Shown: positions 27,790 to 37,836 of the stretch, in pieces
Position numbering within the stretch: position 1 is the first letter of the stretch
Layout of the letters: the number at the start of each line of letters is the position of its first letter
Assembly (NCBI GenBank): GCA_965231105.1
Contig: OZ246417.1
Coordinates: forward strand, 229,013-293,012
Source of the DNA: an uncultured Candidatus Saccharibacteria bacterium
GTDB lineage: Bacteria; Patescibacteriota; Saccharimonadia; Saccharimonadales; JACDBH01
DNA length: 64,000 nt
Direction: 5' to 3'
The notes under the pieces: model-generated
Told to the model about the DNA's origin: nothing
The model's database searches: none
What the model saw: only the letters and a program-made list of their open reading frames with translations
Program-made: the position numbers and the translations under genes

Positions 27790-28443
27790 TTAAATAACAA
27801 CCTTGCGAGGGCGAAGAACGCGACGAGGCTTACCGGCAGGCATAATAAGCTTGCCGAGCTTTGCTTTTACTACTTCTGCTTCGGTTTGCATATTGTGAGC
27901 ATCATAAGCTTTTACGAGTAGGCCGAGAGTTTCTGGATTAGGCTCAAGTTCGCTTGCTCGTTCAAGTTCTTGAATCATCATCTTCTCATTACCTAACTTC
28001 TCTTGCACCTTGGCATAGGCAATATGACGAGCTGCTAAGCTATCTTCTAACTTAAGCGCCTGCTCAAAAGCGAGCCCTGCTTTTTCGTAATTTTCAGTTT
28101 CATAATAAATAAGACCTAGGTTGTGTAAAGAAGAGGCACTTGGGTCGATGGAACTTGCGATCTCGAAACAATCGATAGCGTCCTTGTACTCTTTTTGTTT
28201 TGCATACAGAATACCGAGACGGTTATAGGCAGCGGCATTTTTTTGATCAATCTTAAGAATAGTTAAAAGAGCCTTTTCGGCTCGTAAGAAACGGTTCTCA
28301 CGCATACCTTGATGCGCAATTTCCCAGAGTTTACTTAATCGGTCGCTAATGCGTTGAGAAACGTTTGATAATTCAGTAGTACGAAGCTTAGCGCTACGAA
28401 AGGCTAAAAATCCAAATCCCGCTACAAATGCCAATTCAAGCAT
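27790..28443 (-). CDS. TPR-repeat protein with an N-terminal membrane anchor
   Basis: The 217 aa carry several 34-aa TPR-like repeats (AAYNRLGILYAKQKEYKDAIDCFE...). Confidence 0.7.
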   Translation of the reverse strand: MLELAFVAGFGFLAFRSAKLRTTELSNVSQRISDRLSKLWEIAHQGMRENRFLRAEKALLTILKIDQKNAAAYNRLGILYAKQKEYKDAIDCFEIASSIDPSASSLHNLGLIYYETENYEKAGLAFEQALKLEDSLAARHIAYAKVQEKLGNEKMMIQELERASELEPNPETLGLLVKAYDAHNMQTEAEVVKAKLGKLIMPAGKPRRVLRPRKVVI

Positions 28444-28462
28444 TGTTCTATTATACCAAACT

Positions 28463-29341
28463 TCAAAGATTCAACAGCAGGTCGTCTATAAGGAGTTTTG
28501 TATTAGCGTTATATTCAAGACTCTTCGTTGCCCTTTGAATGGCACTCATGCAGTCGTGCCAGCGTTTTATACTTTCTTTTTTGTTGGTTTTGCTGGCAGC
28601 AAGGAGTGCGGCATGTGCAATGCGCTGAAGAGAGTTAAGTAGAATAACAAGTCCTTGTTTATCTTTGCTAAGTTCATCGGACTGTAAAAGACGTTCACCA
28701 ATAGATGCTCGTAAGAGTTTTTTAGCCATCTCCACTCCGCTTCGTAGTTCATGCTCTTTTTTATCAATGAGAGCACATAGCAAGCCGACTTGTCCTTGGG
28801 ACAAGGCATAGTTGCTCGCAAAGTCTGCGGCAATCATATTTCGCTTTGTAAAGTACGCATGTGCCTGCTCTTCGCTCACAGGTAATATTTCAATCTGTTG
28901 CACGCGTGAATAAATGGTTGGTAAAAGACCCCCATTTCCTTCCGAGGTAAGAATGATGCATGTATCGGCTGGCGGTTCTTCTAAGCTCTTTAAAAATGCG
29001 TTCTGTGCTTCACTGCGCATTCTTTCAGCACCCACAATAATAATGATCCTCTGAATAGCTCCCGACTGGCCTCTCGGTGTTCTTAGGGTAAGAAGTTTCT
29101 GTAATCCACGAATTTCATCAATAGTTATGGTATTTTCGCTTGGATCAACGAGTGAGAAATATGGATAACTCTCTAGCTTTGAAGCTTCGGGAAGATGCAA
29201 AAGAGCTGCAGCTAAAGCACGAGCTAATGTTGCCCGGCCTGAGCCCGTAGGACCGGTTAATATAATGCCGTGAGTTGGGCGCGAAAGAAATTGATCAAGC
29301 TGCAACCGCGTCCTTGTATGAATAAGTAGCTCGTTAAACAT
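28463..29341 (-). CDS. holB: DNA polymerase III delta' subunit
   Basis: The 292-aa product is AAA+-like (LTGPTGSGRATLARALAAALL) with the delta' length and layout. Confidence 0.75.
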   Translation of the reverse strand: MFNELLIHTRTRLQLDQFLSRPTHGIILTGPTGSGRATLARALAAALLHLPEASKLESYPYFSLVDPSENTITIDEIRGLQKLLTLRTPRGQSGAIQRIIIIVGAERMRSEAQNAFLKSLEEPPADTCIILTSEGNGGLLPTIYSRVQQIEILPVSEEQAHAYFTKRNMIAADFASNYALSQGQVGLLCALIDKKEHELRSGVEMAKKLLRASIGERLLQSDELSKDKQGLVILLNSLQRIAHAALLAASKTNKKESIKRWHDCMSAIQRATKSLEYNANTKLLIDDLLLNL

Positions 29342-30197
29342 GAGGCATATACTTTCTAAATATTTCCGGGAGTTCAGCGGTAAATGTTTTTTCTTCTCGG
29401 TTAGGCAACATCACCTGAAGTCTGGAGGCATGGAGCATAAGACGTTCTGCTTTTTTGCCTTCATACAGTTCATCACCCACAATTGGATGTCCCAGTTTCT
29501 CTAAATGCACTCTTAACTGATGAGTACGCCCCGTTTCAGGCTGGAGTTTTACGAGGCTATACATACCTTCGGTTGCTATTACCTCATATCTAGTTTGTGC
29601 AGACTTGCCTTCCTCATCGACTCGAAAGGTTTGAGGTTTTTGCGGATTTCGTGCGATAGGCATGTCAATTAGGCCCGTCTCGGACGGCATTGTGCCCACA
29701 ATAAGGGCAAGGTAAGTCTTTTTTACTTTACGATCAGAAAACTGAGCCTGCAGCCAGCTAAGAGCATTTTGATTTTTAGCACATATCATAACTCCGCTGG
29801 TAGCCCTGTCTAAGCGGTGTACAATCCCTGCTCGTTCTCCCGTGAGTGAGGTAACTTTTTGACGTAAAAAGGATGCTACCGATGGTTCATCAAAGAAGCG
29901 GCCTCGGGCATGCGAAATAACCCCTGAAGGCTTATCGATAACAAGCACATCATCATCTTCATACAGAACTGGTAAATCTATCTCGGCAACTTCGAACTGT
30001 AAGGGTGAAAGGTCTATCTCTACAGTGTCTCCTTCACGAACTTTAATACCCGGTTTTGTTTCAGAACCATTTAACCGTACATGGCCTGAGGCAAAGAGAC
30101 GTTGAAGTGCTGTACGTGGGTAGGTCGGAAATAGATCTGCAATAAGTTTATCAATGCGTTTTTTAGCCAGGTCATCGCTAATAATGATTTTATTCAT
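29334..30197 (-). CDS. RluA-family pseudouridine synthase
   Basis: The 287 aa have an S4-like N-terminus and the catalytic motif HRLDRATSGVMICAKN. Confidence 0.85.
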   Translation of the reverse strand: MNKIIISDDLAKKRIDKLIADLFPTYPRTALQRLFASGHVRLNGSETKPGIKVREGDTVEIDLSPLQFEVAEIDLPVLYEDDDVLVIDKPSGVISHARGRFFDEPSVASFLRQKVTSLTGERAGIVHRLDRATSGVMICAKNQNALSWLQAQFSDRKVKKTYLALIVGTMPSETGLIDMPIARNPQKPQTFRVDEEGKSAQTRYEVIATEGMYSLVKLQPETGRTHQLRVHLEKLGHPIVGDELYEGKKAERLMLHASRLQVMLPNREEKTFTAELPEIFRKYMPHV

Positions 30198-30203
30198 AGA
30201 CTC

Positions 30204-31250
30204 TTAGCCACGAAGCCCAATGGCTTTTTGAACACGTAACAGCGTTTCATTCGCAGTATCATTCATAGCTTTTTCAGACAGTTCAAGCTTTTTAAGAATC
30301 GCAGCGTCATCTACCTGGCTAATACGTTCTTGAAGATTTCGTAGGAAGTTTTGCGTTGCGGCTGCTACTGCTTTTTTAAGATCTCCGTAGCTTGTTTTGC
30401 CTTCCCACTCACTATTCACATCAGATTGAGGCTTGCCACTGAAAAGCGCAAGAATTTGCAGCAAGTTAGTAATACCTGGTTGATTCTCACGATCAAAGTG
30501 TATTGCGCCCACTGAATCTGTAGTTGCGCTCATTACCTTTTTCGCTGCTTCTTCCGGACTGTCGCCGAGGAAGATAACACCCTTGCCTGTATCATCGCTC
30601 TTGCTCATTTTCTTTGTAGGATCTTGGAGGTCTTTAATGCGTAAGCCTTGATCTTTACCAAAAAATTCGTGCTGTTCTTTTACGGCCTTAGGCACGGTAA
30701 ATAGTTCGCCGAACCGCGCGTTGAGGCGCTCAGCAATATCTCGGGTAAACTCTAGATGTTGTGTTTGATCCTCGCCTACAGGGACATATGTAGCGCCATA
30801 AATCAGTATGTCGGCGGCCATTAAGACTGGGTAGTTAAACAACCCTACACTAACACGATCTTCACCAGATCGTGACTCACCCTCTTTATAGGATTTCTCC
30901 TTAAACTGGGTCATTCTGCTGAGCTCACCCATGCCGGTAAAGCAATCCAAAATCCACGTAAGTTCACTGTGGGCTGGGATGTAACTTTGTCTGTAGATAT
31001 GCACGTCGTCGTTGTTCAGAGGTAAACCAGCAGCTACAAAGACGCGCAGATTATACATGATTTGTTCTTGGAGTTTCGAATGGTCTATTGGAGTAGTGAA
31101 GCTGTGGAGATCGGGCACAAAAAGATTGACCTGATATTTTTCAGCGTTCGTGGTAGCCATGTCTATTATTGGCAACATAGCCCCAAAATAATTACCAATT
31201 GTCAGATCGTTATTGGCACGTATGCCAGTGAGAATTACAGGTTTTGTCAT
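30204..31250 (-). CDS. trpS: Tryptophanyl-tRNA synthetase
   Basis: The 348-aa class I synthetase has a HIGH-like TIGNYFG motif and KMSKS. Confidence 0.9.
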   Translation of the reverse strand: MTKPVILTGIRANNDLTIGNYFGAMLPIIDMATTNAEKYQVNLFVPDLHSFTTPIDHSKLQEQIMYNLRVFVAAGLPLNNDDVHIYRQSYIPAHSELTWILDCFTGMGELSRMTQFKEKSYKEGESRSGEDRVSVGLFNYPVLMAADILIYGATYVPVGEDQTQHLEFTRDIAERLNARFGELFTVPKAVKEQHEFFGKDQGLRIKDLQDPTKKMSKSDDTGKGVIFLGDSPEEAAKKVMSATTDSVGAIHFDRENQPGITNLLQILALFSGKPQSDVNSEWEGKTSYGDLKKAVAAATQNFLRNLQERISQVDDAAILKKLELSEKAMNDTANETLLRVQKAIGLRG

Positions 31251-31265
31251 ATTCTCTCCATTATA

Positions 31266-31943
31266 TCAGTAGTACGCCTTAATCATAGCTTGAGCAAGCG
31301 CACTAATGCTATCAATAACCGGTAGATCAAGTGGTTCCATTCCTACAAGCGGCAGCTCGGTACAGCCAAGTACAATACCGTCTGCTCCACGAGAAACTAA
31401 TTGTGTGGCAATTTTAGTTAAACGTGGGCGAAGTCTCTCAGGATCTTGTCCTGCAATAACCGCGCGTATGATTTGCTCCGCTGCCTGCAGTTCAGTTTTG
31501 GTAGGCACAATTACTTCTAAGCCATGACGTGTAAGTTCAGGGACATAGAGCTTTGTGTGTATGGTATGGGGCGAGGCCAACAGCCCAACCTTTTTAATGC
31601 CTGCTGCCTGAGCCTGCTGTGCAGTTTCTCGGAGCATGGATATAAAGTTTTCTCTTTCAAGATCCAGTTCTCGTGTCATAGTGTGAGCCGTGTTGCAAGC
31701 AAGCCCAATCGCATGAGCACTCTCAAGTGGCAACTGCTGAAGTACTGCCTGAATAGTCTGCCTCGCTTTAGGGAGCTTTTCTGTTGATCCAATAAAATCG
31801 GGTACCGGAATCGAGGCATGCAAAATTAACGGAAATTCTTCAGGGTTGCCGCTATGGTGCTTTAAAGACTCCTTCAGCAGCTCACCGTGTAGGTGTAATG
31901 AAGCTTGGGGCCCCATCCCTCCGATAATGATGAGTGGTTTCAT
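31266..31943 (-). CDS. Asp/Glu/hydantoin racemase family protein (aspartate racemase-like)
   Basis: The 225 aa begin IIGGMGPQAS and carry conserved Cys/Thr motifs of the family. Confidence 0.7.
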   Translation of the reverse strand: MKPLIIIGGMGPQASLHLHGELLKESLKHHSGNPEEFPLILHASIPVPDFIGSTEKLPKARQTIQAVLQQLPLESAHAIGLACNTAHTMTRELDLERENFISMLRETAQQAQAAGIKKVGLLASPHTIHTKLYVPELTRHGLEVIVPTKTELQAAEQIIRAVIAGQDPERLRPRLTKIATQLVSRGADGIVLGCTELPLVGMEPLDLPVIDSISALAQAMIKAYY

Positions 31944-32809
31944 ATATTCTCCTTTTTAATTCCAATTAAATTCATGAAATGCGTGAGATCTCGAAGACTA
32001 CCCAGATCCGTGCAATGCTGCATATCAACACCGTTCATTAGTGCGTCATCAATAGACTGTTCACCACCGCGTGCTGTGAAGTACGGGGGTGTGACATGAC
32101 GTGTGAAAAGCTGGGCAGTCGGTAAAAGCTCCACCCCTTCCAGCTGCTGACGAATAGCCATGCGTGCTGCGTAGAACTCACGTTCCTTCTGGGAACCAAT
32201 ACTGACAATGCGATCTGGCGTAACTGGTGCTGGTTCTCTTATGAAAAGCGGCCGAAGCTCAAGGGCACGAGTATCCTGGTATACCAGATGCGCTGCCGTG
32301 TATGTGCGATGATCGCCGGCATGTGTTTGACCGCGTTCACGGAGAGTACGCATATCTTTTGTGTCGCTTTCAAGTACTCTGCCAGCGACTGGCTCAATCT
32401 TATCTATAAGATCTGAAGGAGTATCTTCTGCAAATAACGTTCTATCTCTCAATGTTGGATGGAATGAGGTTATGAGCATTTTTCCAAGCGCTGCACAGCG
32501 AATTGCTTGCTCATGTAGCACCTCTTCAGAGTGGCCGTTAACGCGATTACCTAAACTGTTAGCGAAAATAATCTGCAACTGCTCATTTGGTAAGAATTCT
32601 GCGACACGGGCAGCAGAGTCTATGTAACTCAGCGCTCGTAGTGGTATTTTGGGGGACGCACCGAATATAAGACGGATAACCGTCCCCTTGCCGTCGGGGG
32701 CATCAAAAACCTCAGAAAGCGTTTGTATATCCTGACGTCCAATACTCTCAATGTAATTGTCTGTTCTTTTATGAATCTGATTGCGAACATATTGTGGGGA
32801 AGTGGGCAT
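31940..32809 (-). CDS. Hypothetical protein, translationally coupled to the racemase
   Basis: A 289-aa ORF with an ATGA overlap to the downstream racemase gene. Confidence 0.5.
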   Translation of the reverse strand: MPTSPQYVRNQIHKRTDNYIESIGRQDIQTLSEVFDAPDGKGTVIRLIFGASPKIPLRALSYIDSAARVAEFLPNEQLQIIFANSLGNRVNGHSEEVLHEQAIRCAALGKMLITSFHPTLRDRTLFAEDTPSDLIDKIEPVAGRVLESDTKDMRTLRERGQTHAGDHRTYTAAHLVYQDTRALELRPLFIREPAPVTPDRIVSIGSQKEREFYAARMAIRQQLEGVELLPTAQLFTRHVTPPYFTARGGEQSIDDALMNGVDMQHCTDLGSLRDLTHFMNLIGIKKENI

Positions 32810-32831
32810 ATATCTCTCCTAGAGATTAAAA

Positions 32832-32867
32832 TTAAAAAAGACCGCCTCTGGTATGACGGTCTTTTCA
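32832..32867. terminator. Bidirectional intrinsic terminator
   Basis: A 7-bp AAGACCG/CGGTCTT stem with a 12-nt loop is flanked by A and T runs. Confidence 0.45.
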
Positions 32868-32961
32868 ATATTCTCTAAAAGGTATTTATAAGCGCACAGA
32901 AGAAACCGCCACAGTAGTGTCGGTAAACCAATATGACTGGCTGCTTATCGTTTTCATGGTT

Positions 32962-33183
32962 CTATTCCGTAATTTGTCGCAGTTCTACAAGCTGCTCACA
33001 TAAGGGAGCTGCGAGGCCTTTACAGTTATTACAGATAGCTTCAGACTCAACGGCCGTACATCCAAGTGCAACAACTCGTTTTGCATGTTCATACTGGCTT
33101 ATTCGTTGAGAGCTACGTTCTGTGGGCGGAGGACCGATAAGGGCCTCTACTTCCCTGTAGCCTGCTGCATCTAGCTGAATCAT
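32962..33183 (-). CDS. Hypothetical small protein (4 Cys)
   Basis: A 73-aa ORF bounded by terminators on both sides. Confidence 0.4.
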   Translation of the reverse strand: MIQLDAAGYREVEALIGPPPTERSSQRISQYEHAKRVVALGCTAVESEAICNNCKGLAAPLCEQLVELRQITE

Positions 33184-33203
33184 AAATGTATACTCCTTAA
33201 AAT

Positions 33204-33240
33204 TAAAAAACCGCCCTTTGTAGGCGGTTGTTCTTTTCTT
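33204..33240. terminator. Bidirectional intrinsic terminator
   Basis: A 7-bp AACCGCC/GGCGGTT stem with a 7-nt loop is flanked by AAAAAA and a T-rich run. Confidence 0.5.
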
Positions 33241-33351
33241 GATTGCTTATTTACGCACGAACTGAACAAACCGCCATTCTCGGGCTGCTAAACCAAAAGT
33301 AAAAACCATTGATAAATTTGTTCATCGAGAAGAGATTTTAGTTGAGAAATA

Positions 33352-33615
33352 TTAGTTTGTCAAGAAGTGAACTGCCAGGGTCAGGAGAGAAGCAACAACA
33401 AGCGTAGAGGCAATATGAAAACGAGCACGCCCATCTGAGTAATCTCTTCGTATTTTACTGGACGTAAACCATATTCCCAGGGCCGCAAGGATTATAGCGG
33501 GTCCTCGGAACATGAGTACAGAAGCATAAAAGGCAATCGCTACAAATACCACATTAAAAAACGAGATCGGAAAGATCCAATAGTCCGCTTCTCTAATATG
33601 CTCGAATTTAGTCAT
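33352..33615 (-). CDS. Hypothetical small membrane protein
   Basis: An 87-aa ORF with two hydrophobic helices. Confidence 0.45.
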   Translation of the reverse strand: MTKFEHIREADYWIFPISFFNVVFVAIAFYASVLMFRGPAIILAALGIWFTSSKIRRDYSDGRARFHIASTLVVASLLTLAVHFLTN

Positions 33616-33626
33616 TACTGTTAATA

Positions 33627-33662
33627 ATAAAAAATCCCTGACGTTTTTGCCAGGGATTTGTT
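33627..33662 (-). terminator. Intrinsic terminator after rpsI (end of the L13-S9 unit)
   Basis: An 8-bp stem (AATCCCTG / CAGGGATT) is followed by a U-tract on the minus strand. Confidence 0.55.
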
Positions 33663-33665
33663 CGT

Positions 33666-34061
33666 TTAGCGCTTAGTAAACTGACGCTGTTTGCGTGCCT
33701 TCTTGAGACCGAACTTCTTACGTTCTTTCTCGCGTGGGTCACGACCGAGGAGTTCTGCGCGCTTGAGAGTGCCCTTAAGATCTTCGTTCATGGCGGCTAA
33801 GGTCTTAGCAATGCCGAGACGGATTGCATCTACCTGACCGGCAATACCACCACCATTTACGCGTACCGTTACATCGAAACTGTCTTTCTCAATAACAGCA
33901 AATGGTTCACGAAGTTCTTTAAGTAAGTATTCGCTACCACTAAAGTATTCTTCAGCAGGCTTATCATTGATGGTGATGCTGCCTTTACCACTTTGGAGGC
34001 GAACACGTGCAGTAGCGCTCTTACGGCGTCCTAATGCGTAGAAATAAGTGTCTTTAGCCAT
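33666..34061 (-). CDS. rpsI: 30S ribosomal protein S9
   Basis: A 131-aa S9 family match, with the C-terminal ...RKQRQFTKR. Confidence 0.95.
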   Translation of the reverse strand: MAKDTYFYALGRRKSATARVRLQSGKGSITINDKPAEEYFSGSEYLLKELREPFAVIEKDSFDVTVRVNGGGIAGQVDAIRLGIAKTLAAMNEDLKGTLKRAELLGRDPREKERKKFGLKKARKQRQFTKR

Positions 34062-34063
34062 AA

Positions 34064-34507
34064 TTACTTCTTACCTTCTTTTACACTAATCGTAACAGGC
34101 TGTTGAGCGGCATGATTGTGCTCAGGACCTGCATATACCTTTAATCGTTCCAAACGACCAGGACGAAGTTTATTGACTGGCAACATACCGCGAATTGCTT
34201 GAGTTATCGCCTTGGTTGGGTCTTTAGCCATAACTTCGGTGAATGTAAGCTCGGTAAGACCACCTGGGTACTGACTGTGACGATAGTACATCTTGTCCTG
34301 GGCCTTTTTACCTGTTACAACTGCCTTCTCGGCATTGATGATGATGACAAAATCACCGGTATCAATATGATGAGTAAACATTGGCTTACCTTTGCCGGTT
34401 AGCAAAGTTGCAGCCTTGGTAGCTATACGGCCTAAAGGTGCTTCAGAGGCATCGATCACATACCAGGCACGTGTCACATCAGTTGGTTTTGCAGAATAGG
34501 TTTTCAT
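34064..34507 (-). CDS. rplM: 50S ribosomal protein L13
   Basis: A 147-aa L13 family match. Confidence 0.95.
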   Translation of the reverse strand: MKTYSAKPTDVTRAWYVIDASEAPLGRIATKAATLLTGKGKPMFTHHIDTGDFVIIINAEKAVVTGKKAQDKMYYRHSQYPGGLTELTFTEVMAKDPTKAITQAIRGMLPVNKLRPGRLERLKVYAGPEHNHAAQQPVTISVKEGKK

Positions 34508-34962
34508 TATTTAGCCTCTTTCTTTGCGCTAGGCTTTGCTGCCGCCTTAACTGGCTTTGCCACTACGGGCTTTTCGGCAGCTTTTGCAACTGGTGCAGCC
34601 TTAAGGTCATCTACAAAACTTACACGAGCAAGTTCTGCGTTATCACCACGACGAACACCGGTTTTTTCAATCTTCAAGTGTCCGCTGGTGCGACCTTTTA
34701 GCTTTGGTGCAATTTCATCAACTAACTTATGTGCGCTTTCAAGGGTTGAAAGAGCGGCAATAACCTGACGGCGATTGTGCAGATCACCCTTTTTAGCCTT
34801 GGTAATGAGCTTTTCAGCATATGGTACAACCGTCTTTGCTTTTGGAAGCGTGGTTTCAATGCTGCCATGATCAATCAAAGCAGTCGCAAGACCCTTGATA
34901 AGAGCGGTGCGCTGATCTGTTTCTCGGCCAAACTTGCGGCCTTTATATCCGTGACGATGCAT
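34507..34962 (-). CDS. rplQ: 50S ribosomal protein L17 with an Ala/Lys-rich C-terminal extension
   Basis: A 151-aa L17 core plus an AKP-rich tail. Confidence 0.9.
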   Translation of the reverse strand: MHRHGYKGRKFGRETDQRTALIKGLATALIDHGSIETTLPKAKTVVPYAEKLITKAKKGDLHNRRQVIAALSTLESAHKLVDEIAPKLKGRTSGHLKIEKTGVRRGDNAELARVSFVDDLKAAPVAKAAEKPVVAKPVKAAAKPSAKKEAK

Positions 34963-34964
34963 TA

Positions 34965-35903
34965 TTAAAGCTCCAACTCCGCCATCTTCTCTTTTACTTC
35001 GTCGAGTGCCTTGCTACCGAAACCTTTTAGGTCACGTAGTTCAGCGTCGCTTAAGCTAAAAAGATCCTTCAGCGTATGAATTTCATTGTTAATGAGTGCG
35101 TTCGTTGTGCGAGCGCTCAAGTTAAGATCTTCGATTGGAGTCATGAGCGCTGGTGCTTCATCGCCATCTTCGCTGACAGCAGCTGCGCTATCAATGAGAG
35201 GTGCAGGAGCTTCAACACGAGTTTGGCCAGCAAGTGCAGTGTATTGGTTAACCAAAATAGCTGCAGCTTCCTCAAATGCCTCACGAGGAGTAATTGAGCT
35301 GTCGGTATCAACGGTCAAAAGAAGCTTATCAAGATCAATCGTCTGACCAACACGAGTCTTCTCAACCTTGTAACGAACGCGAAGCACTGGGCTAAAGATG
35401 GTATCAAGGGCGATCATATCGCTCGCCTTCTTAGCTGCGCTTTCATCAATAGAACGGTAGCCACGACCAGTTTCAACAACGAGGTCGATGGTTAATGAGC
35501 CCTTTGCGTCATCAATGTTTGCGATAACATGAGATGGATTAACAATCTCAACATCAGCATTAACCTGAATATCTTTTGCAGTAACAACGCCCTTGCCCTT
35601 CTTTACAATACGAAGTGTTTGTGGCTCCTGGCTATATACGCGGAAGCGAATACCTTTTAAGTTCAACATGATGTCTACGACGTCTTCCTTAACGCCTGGG
35701 ACACCAGTGAACTCGTGAGTAACCCCTTCGATCTTAAATGCGGTAATACCAGCACCGGCGATGCTTGAAAGTAGCACGCGACGGAGTGAGTTACCGAGTG
35801 TCATGCCATAGCCGCTGTGCAACGGCTCAACAACGAACGTGCTGCTCGTCGCAGAGTGGTCGTCAATCTTGCTGAGTGTTGGTGTATGAATTTGTTTTGA
35901 CAT
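34965..35903 (-). CDS. rpoA: DNA-directed RNA polymerase subunit alpha
   Basis: A 312-aa RpoA with N-terminal and C-terminal domains, located between rpsD and rplQ. Confidence 0.95.
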   Translation of the reverse strand: MSKQIHTPTLSKIDDHSATSSTFVVEPLHSGYGMTLGNSLRRVLLSSIAGAGITAFKIEGVTHEFTGVPGVKEDVVDIMLNLKGIRFRVYSQEPQTLRIVKKGKGVVTAKDIQVNADVEIVNPSHVIANIDDAKGSLTIDLVVETGRGYRSIDESAAKKASDMIALDTIFSPVLRVRYKVEKTRVGQTIDLDKLLLTVDTDSSITPREAFEEAAAILVNQYTALAGQTRVEAPAPLIDSAAAVSEDGDEAPALMTPIEDLNLSARTTNALINNEIHTLKDLFSLSDAELRDLKGFGSKALDEVKEKMAELEL

Positions 35904-35921
35904 TGTGGTTGCCTCGCCTCC

Positions 35922-36533
35922 CTAGCGTGAGTAGTACTCTACAATTAGTTGCTCATTAATATCTGGCTCTGCTTCATCCCGTGTGGGTTCACCGCTAATC
36001 GTAACGGTTAACTTTTTACGGTTTACCTTCAACCAGCTCTGAGTTACCTCTGAGGCTGGGCTTACATCATCAAGTTTCTGGAAGTAGCTATTTGATGCGC
36101 TGTGAGGACGAACAACAATTTCATCACCCGCCTTAACGCGGATAGATGGGATATCAACACGGCGACCGTTTAACATAAAGTGACCGTGGGTAACAAGTTG
36201 ACGTGCAGCAAGTCGTGATGGTGCAAAACCGGCACGGTACACTGCGTTATCAAGACGTTGCTCTAAGAAGCGAAGCAGTACCTGACCAGACTGACCTGGT
36301 GTGCGTGATGCTTCGCTCATAAGGTTCTCGAACTGACGTTCCAAAAGACCGTACAGACGCTTAACCTTTTGCTTCTCACGAAGCTGCAAAGCATATTGGC
36401 TTGATTTGTTACGTGGACTAAAGCCAGCTTGCTTGCCTGGCAGTGTGGTGCGCTTAACCATAGCCTTGTGGGCTTTTGGATGAAGTGCGTAGCCTTCACG
36501 GCGGGATTGTTTAACAATAGATGGTTTGCTCAT
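35922..36533 (-). CDS. rpsD: 30S ribosomal protein S4
   Basis: A 203-aa S4 family match. Confidence 0.95.
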   Translation of the reverse strand: MSKPSIVKQSRREGYALHPKAHKAMVKRTTLPGKQAGFSPRNKSSQYALQLREKQKVKRLYGLLERQFENLMSEASRTPGQSGQVLLRFLEQRLDNAVYRAGFAPSRLAARQLVTHGHFMLNGRRVDIPSIRVKAGDEIVVRPHSASNSYFQKLDDVSPASEVTQSWLKVNRKKLTVTISGEPTRDEAEPDINEQLIVEYYSR

Positions 36534-36536
36534 GGT

Positions 36537-36983
36537 TTAGACCCTTCGTGCTTTCTTTGGACGTACGCCACCATGTGGAACGCCTGTTACGTCGTGAATG
36601 CCTTCAATTGCGATACCAACGGTCTGTAAAGAACGGATCGCAGCTTCACGGCCAAGTCCAATACCTTTTACATAGACATCAGCTTTTGAAAAACCATGTA
36701 CCTGCTTTGCTTCACCAAGAGCTTTTTCAGCAGCAACCTGGGCAGCATATGCAGTTGACTTCTTAGAACCGCGGAACCCGCAAGCGCCAGCACTTGAGTA
36801 CGTCAAAGCAGCACCTTTTGGATCAGTTACGGTAACGATCGTATTATTGAATGTTGCAAGAATGTGTACGTGACCAAATGGTACAGAACGCTTTGCTTTC
36901 TTGCGTGGAGCCTTAGGAGCTTCAGTAGCTACTACTGGTGCTTCGGCTTCAGGTGTAGTGGGTGTAGTTGTATCTTCTGCCAT
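36537..36983 (-). CDS. rpsK: 30S ribosomal protein S11
   Basis: A 148-aa S11 family match. Confidence 0.95.
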   Translation of the reverse strand: MAEDTTTPTTPEAEAPVVATEAPKAPRKKAKRSVPFGHVHILATFNNTIVTVTDPKGAALTYSSAGACGFRGSKKSTAYAAQVAAEKALGEAKQVHGFSKADVYVKGIGLGREAAIRSLQTVGIAIEGIHDVTGVPHGGVRPKKARRV

Positions 36984-36991
36984 AGTATTCC

Positions 36992-37378
36992 TTAGGTCTT
37001 AGCCGCTACTTTCTTAGCTGTGCCACCAACAGTTACTTTCTTGCCACGACGAGTTCGTGCATTCGTACGAGTGCGTTGACCACGTGATGGAAGGCTACGA
37101 GCATGTCGGTCGCCACGATAAGACTTAATGTCTTTTAAGCGCTTAATGTTAGCAGTTACAATACGCTGCAATTCACCTTCAACGGTATACTTGCTTGCAA
37201 TAACTTCACTAATACGACCTACTTCATCGTCGGTCATATTCTTTACGCGAACTGTTGGCTCAACCTTAGCAACTGCCAAGATATCAAGAGCAGTCTTAGG
37301 ACCAATGCCGTATACGTATGTCAAAGCAACCTGAATCTGCTTTTCTTGTGGGATAGTAACACCTGCAATACGCGCCAT
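36992..37378 (-). CDS. rpsM: 30S ribosomal protein S13
   Basis: A 128-aa S13 family match. Confidence 0.95.
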   Translation of the reverse strand: MARIAGVTIPQEKQIQVALTYVYGIGPKTALDILAVAKVEPTVRVKNMTDDEVGRISEVIASKYTVEGELQRIVTANIKRLKDIKSYRGDRHARSLPSRGQRTRTNARTRRGKKVTVGGTAKKVAAKT

Positions 37379-37381
37379 AGA

Positions 37382-37498
37382 CTAACCTTGCCTCTGCTTG
37401 TGCTTAGGCTTATATTTATTAATAACGTAGATGCGGCCTTTGCGGCGCACAATCTTGTCGTCTGGACTCATTTTCTTTACACTCGCACGCACTTTCAT
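37382..37498 (-). CDS. rpmJ: 50S ribosomal protein L36
   Basis: Not in the ORF track because it is under 60 aa. The minus-strand translation is [38 protein letters not shown], the L36 signature. Confidence 0.85.
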   Translation of the reverse strand: MKVRASVKKMSPDDKIVRRKGRIYVINKYKPKHKQRQG

Positions 37499-37552
37499 GC
37501 GGATCAACTCCTTTAATATGTCAGGAATGACACACTGCGTTATATTGATAAA

Positions 37553-37774
37553 TTATGACTTGCGATAGGTTATCCGACCCTTCGTGAGATCGTAAGGTGT
37601 CAACTCAACCGTCACGCTGTCGCCTGGTACGATACGGATAAAGTGCTTGCGCATTTTACCTGCAACGTGGGCGATGATTTGATGGCCATTCTCAAGTTCG
37701 ACCCGAAACTGTGTTCCCGGTAGCGTCTCTATAATCGTACCGTTCAGTTCGATGACTTCCTTGTTCTTAACCAT
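37553..37774 (-). CDS. infA: Translation initiation factor IF-1
   Basis: The 73-aa S1-like fold (...[21 protein letters not shown]...) sits directly downstream of secY, with no adk or map between. Confidence 0.95.
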   Translation of the reverse strand: MVKNKEVIELNGTIIETLPGTQFRVELENGHQIIAHVAGKMRKHFIRIVPGDSVTVELTPYDLTKGRITYRKS

Positions 37775-37836
37775 AAATATCAGTTGAAAATTATACCACG
37801 TGTGTTAACGGCGTGTAAAGTGTTTTTTCTCTGTTG

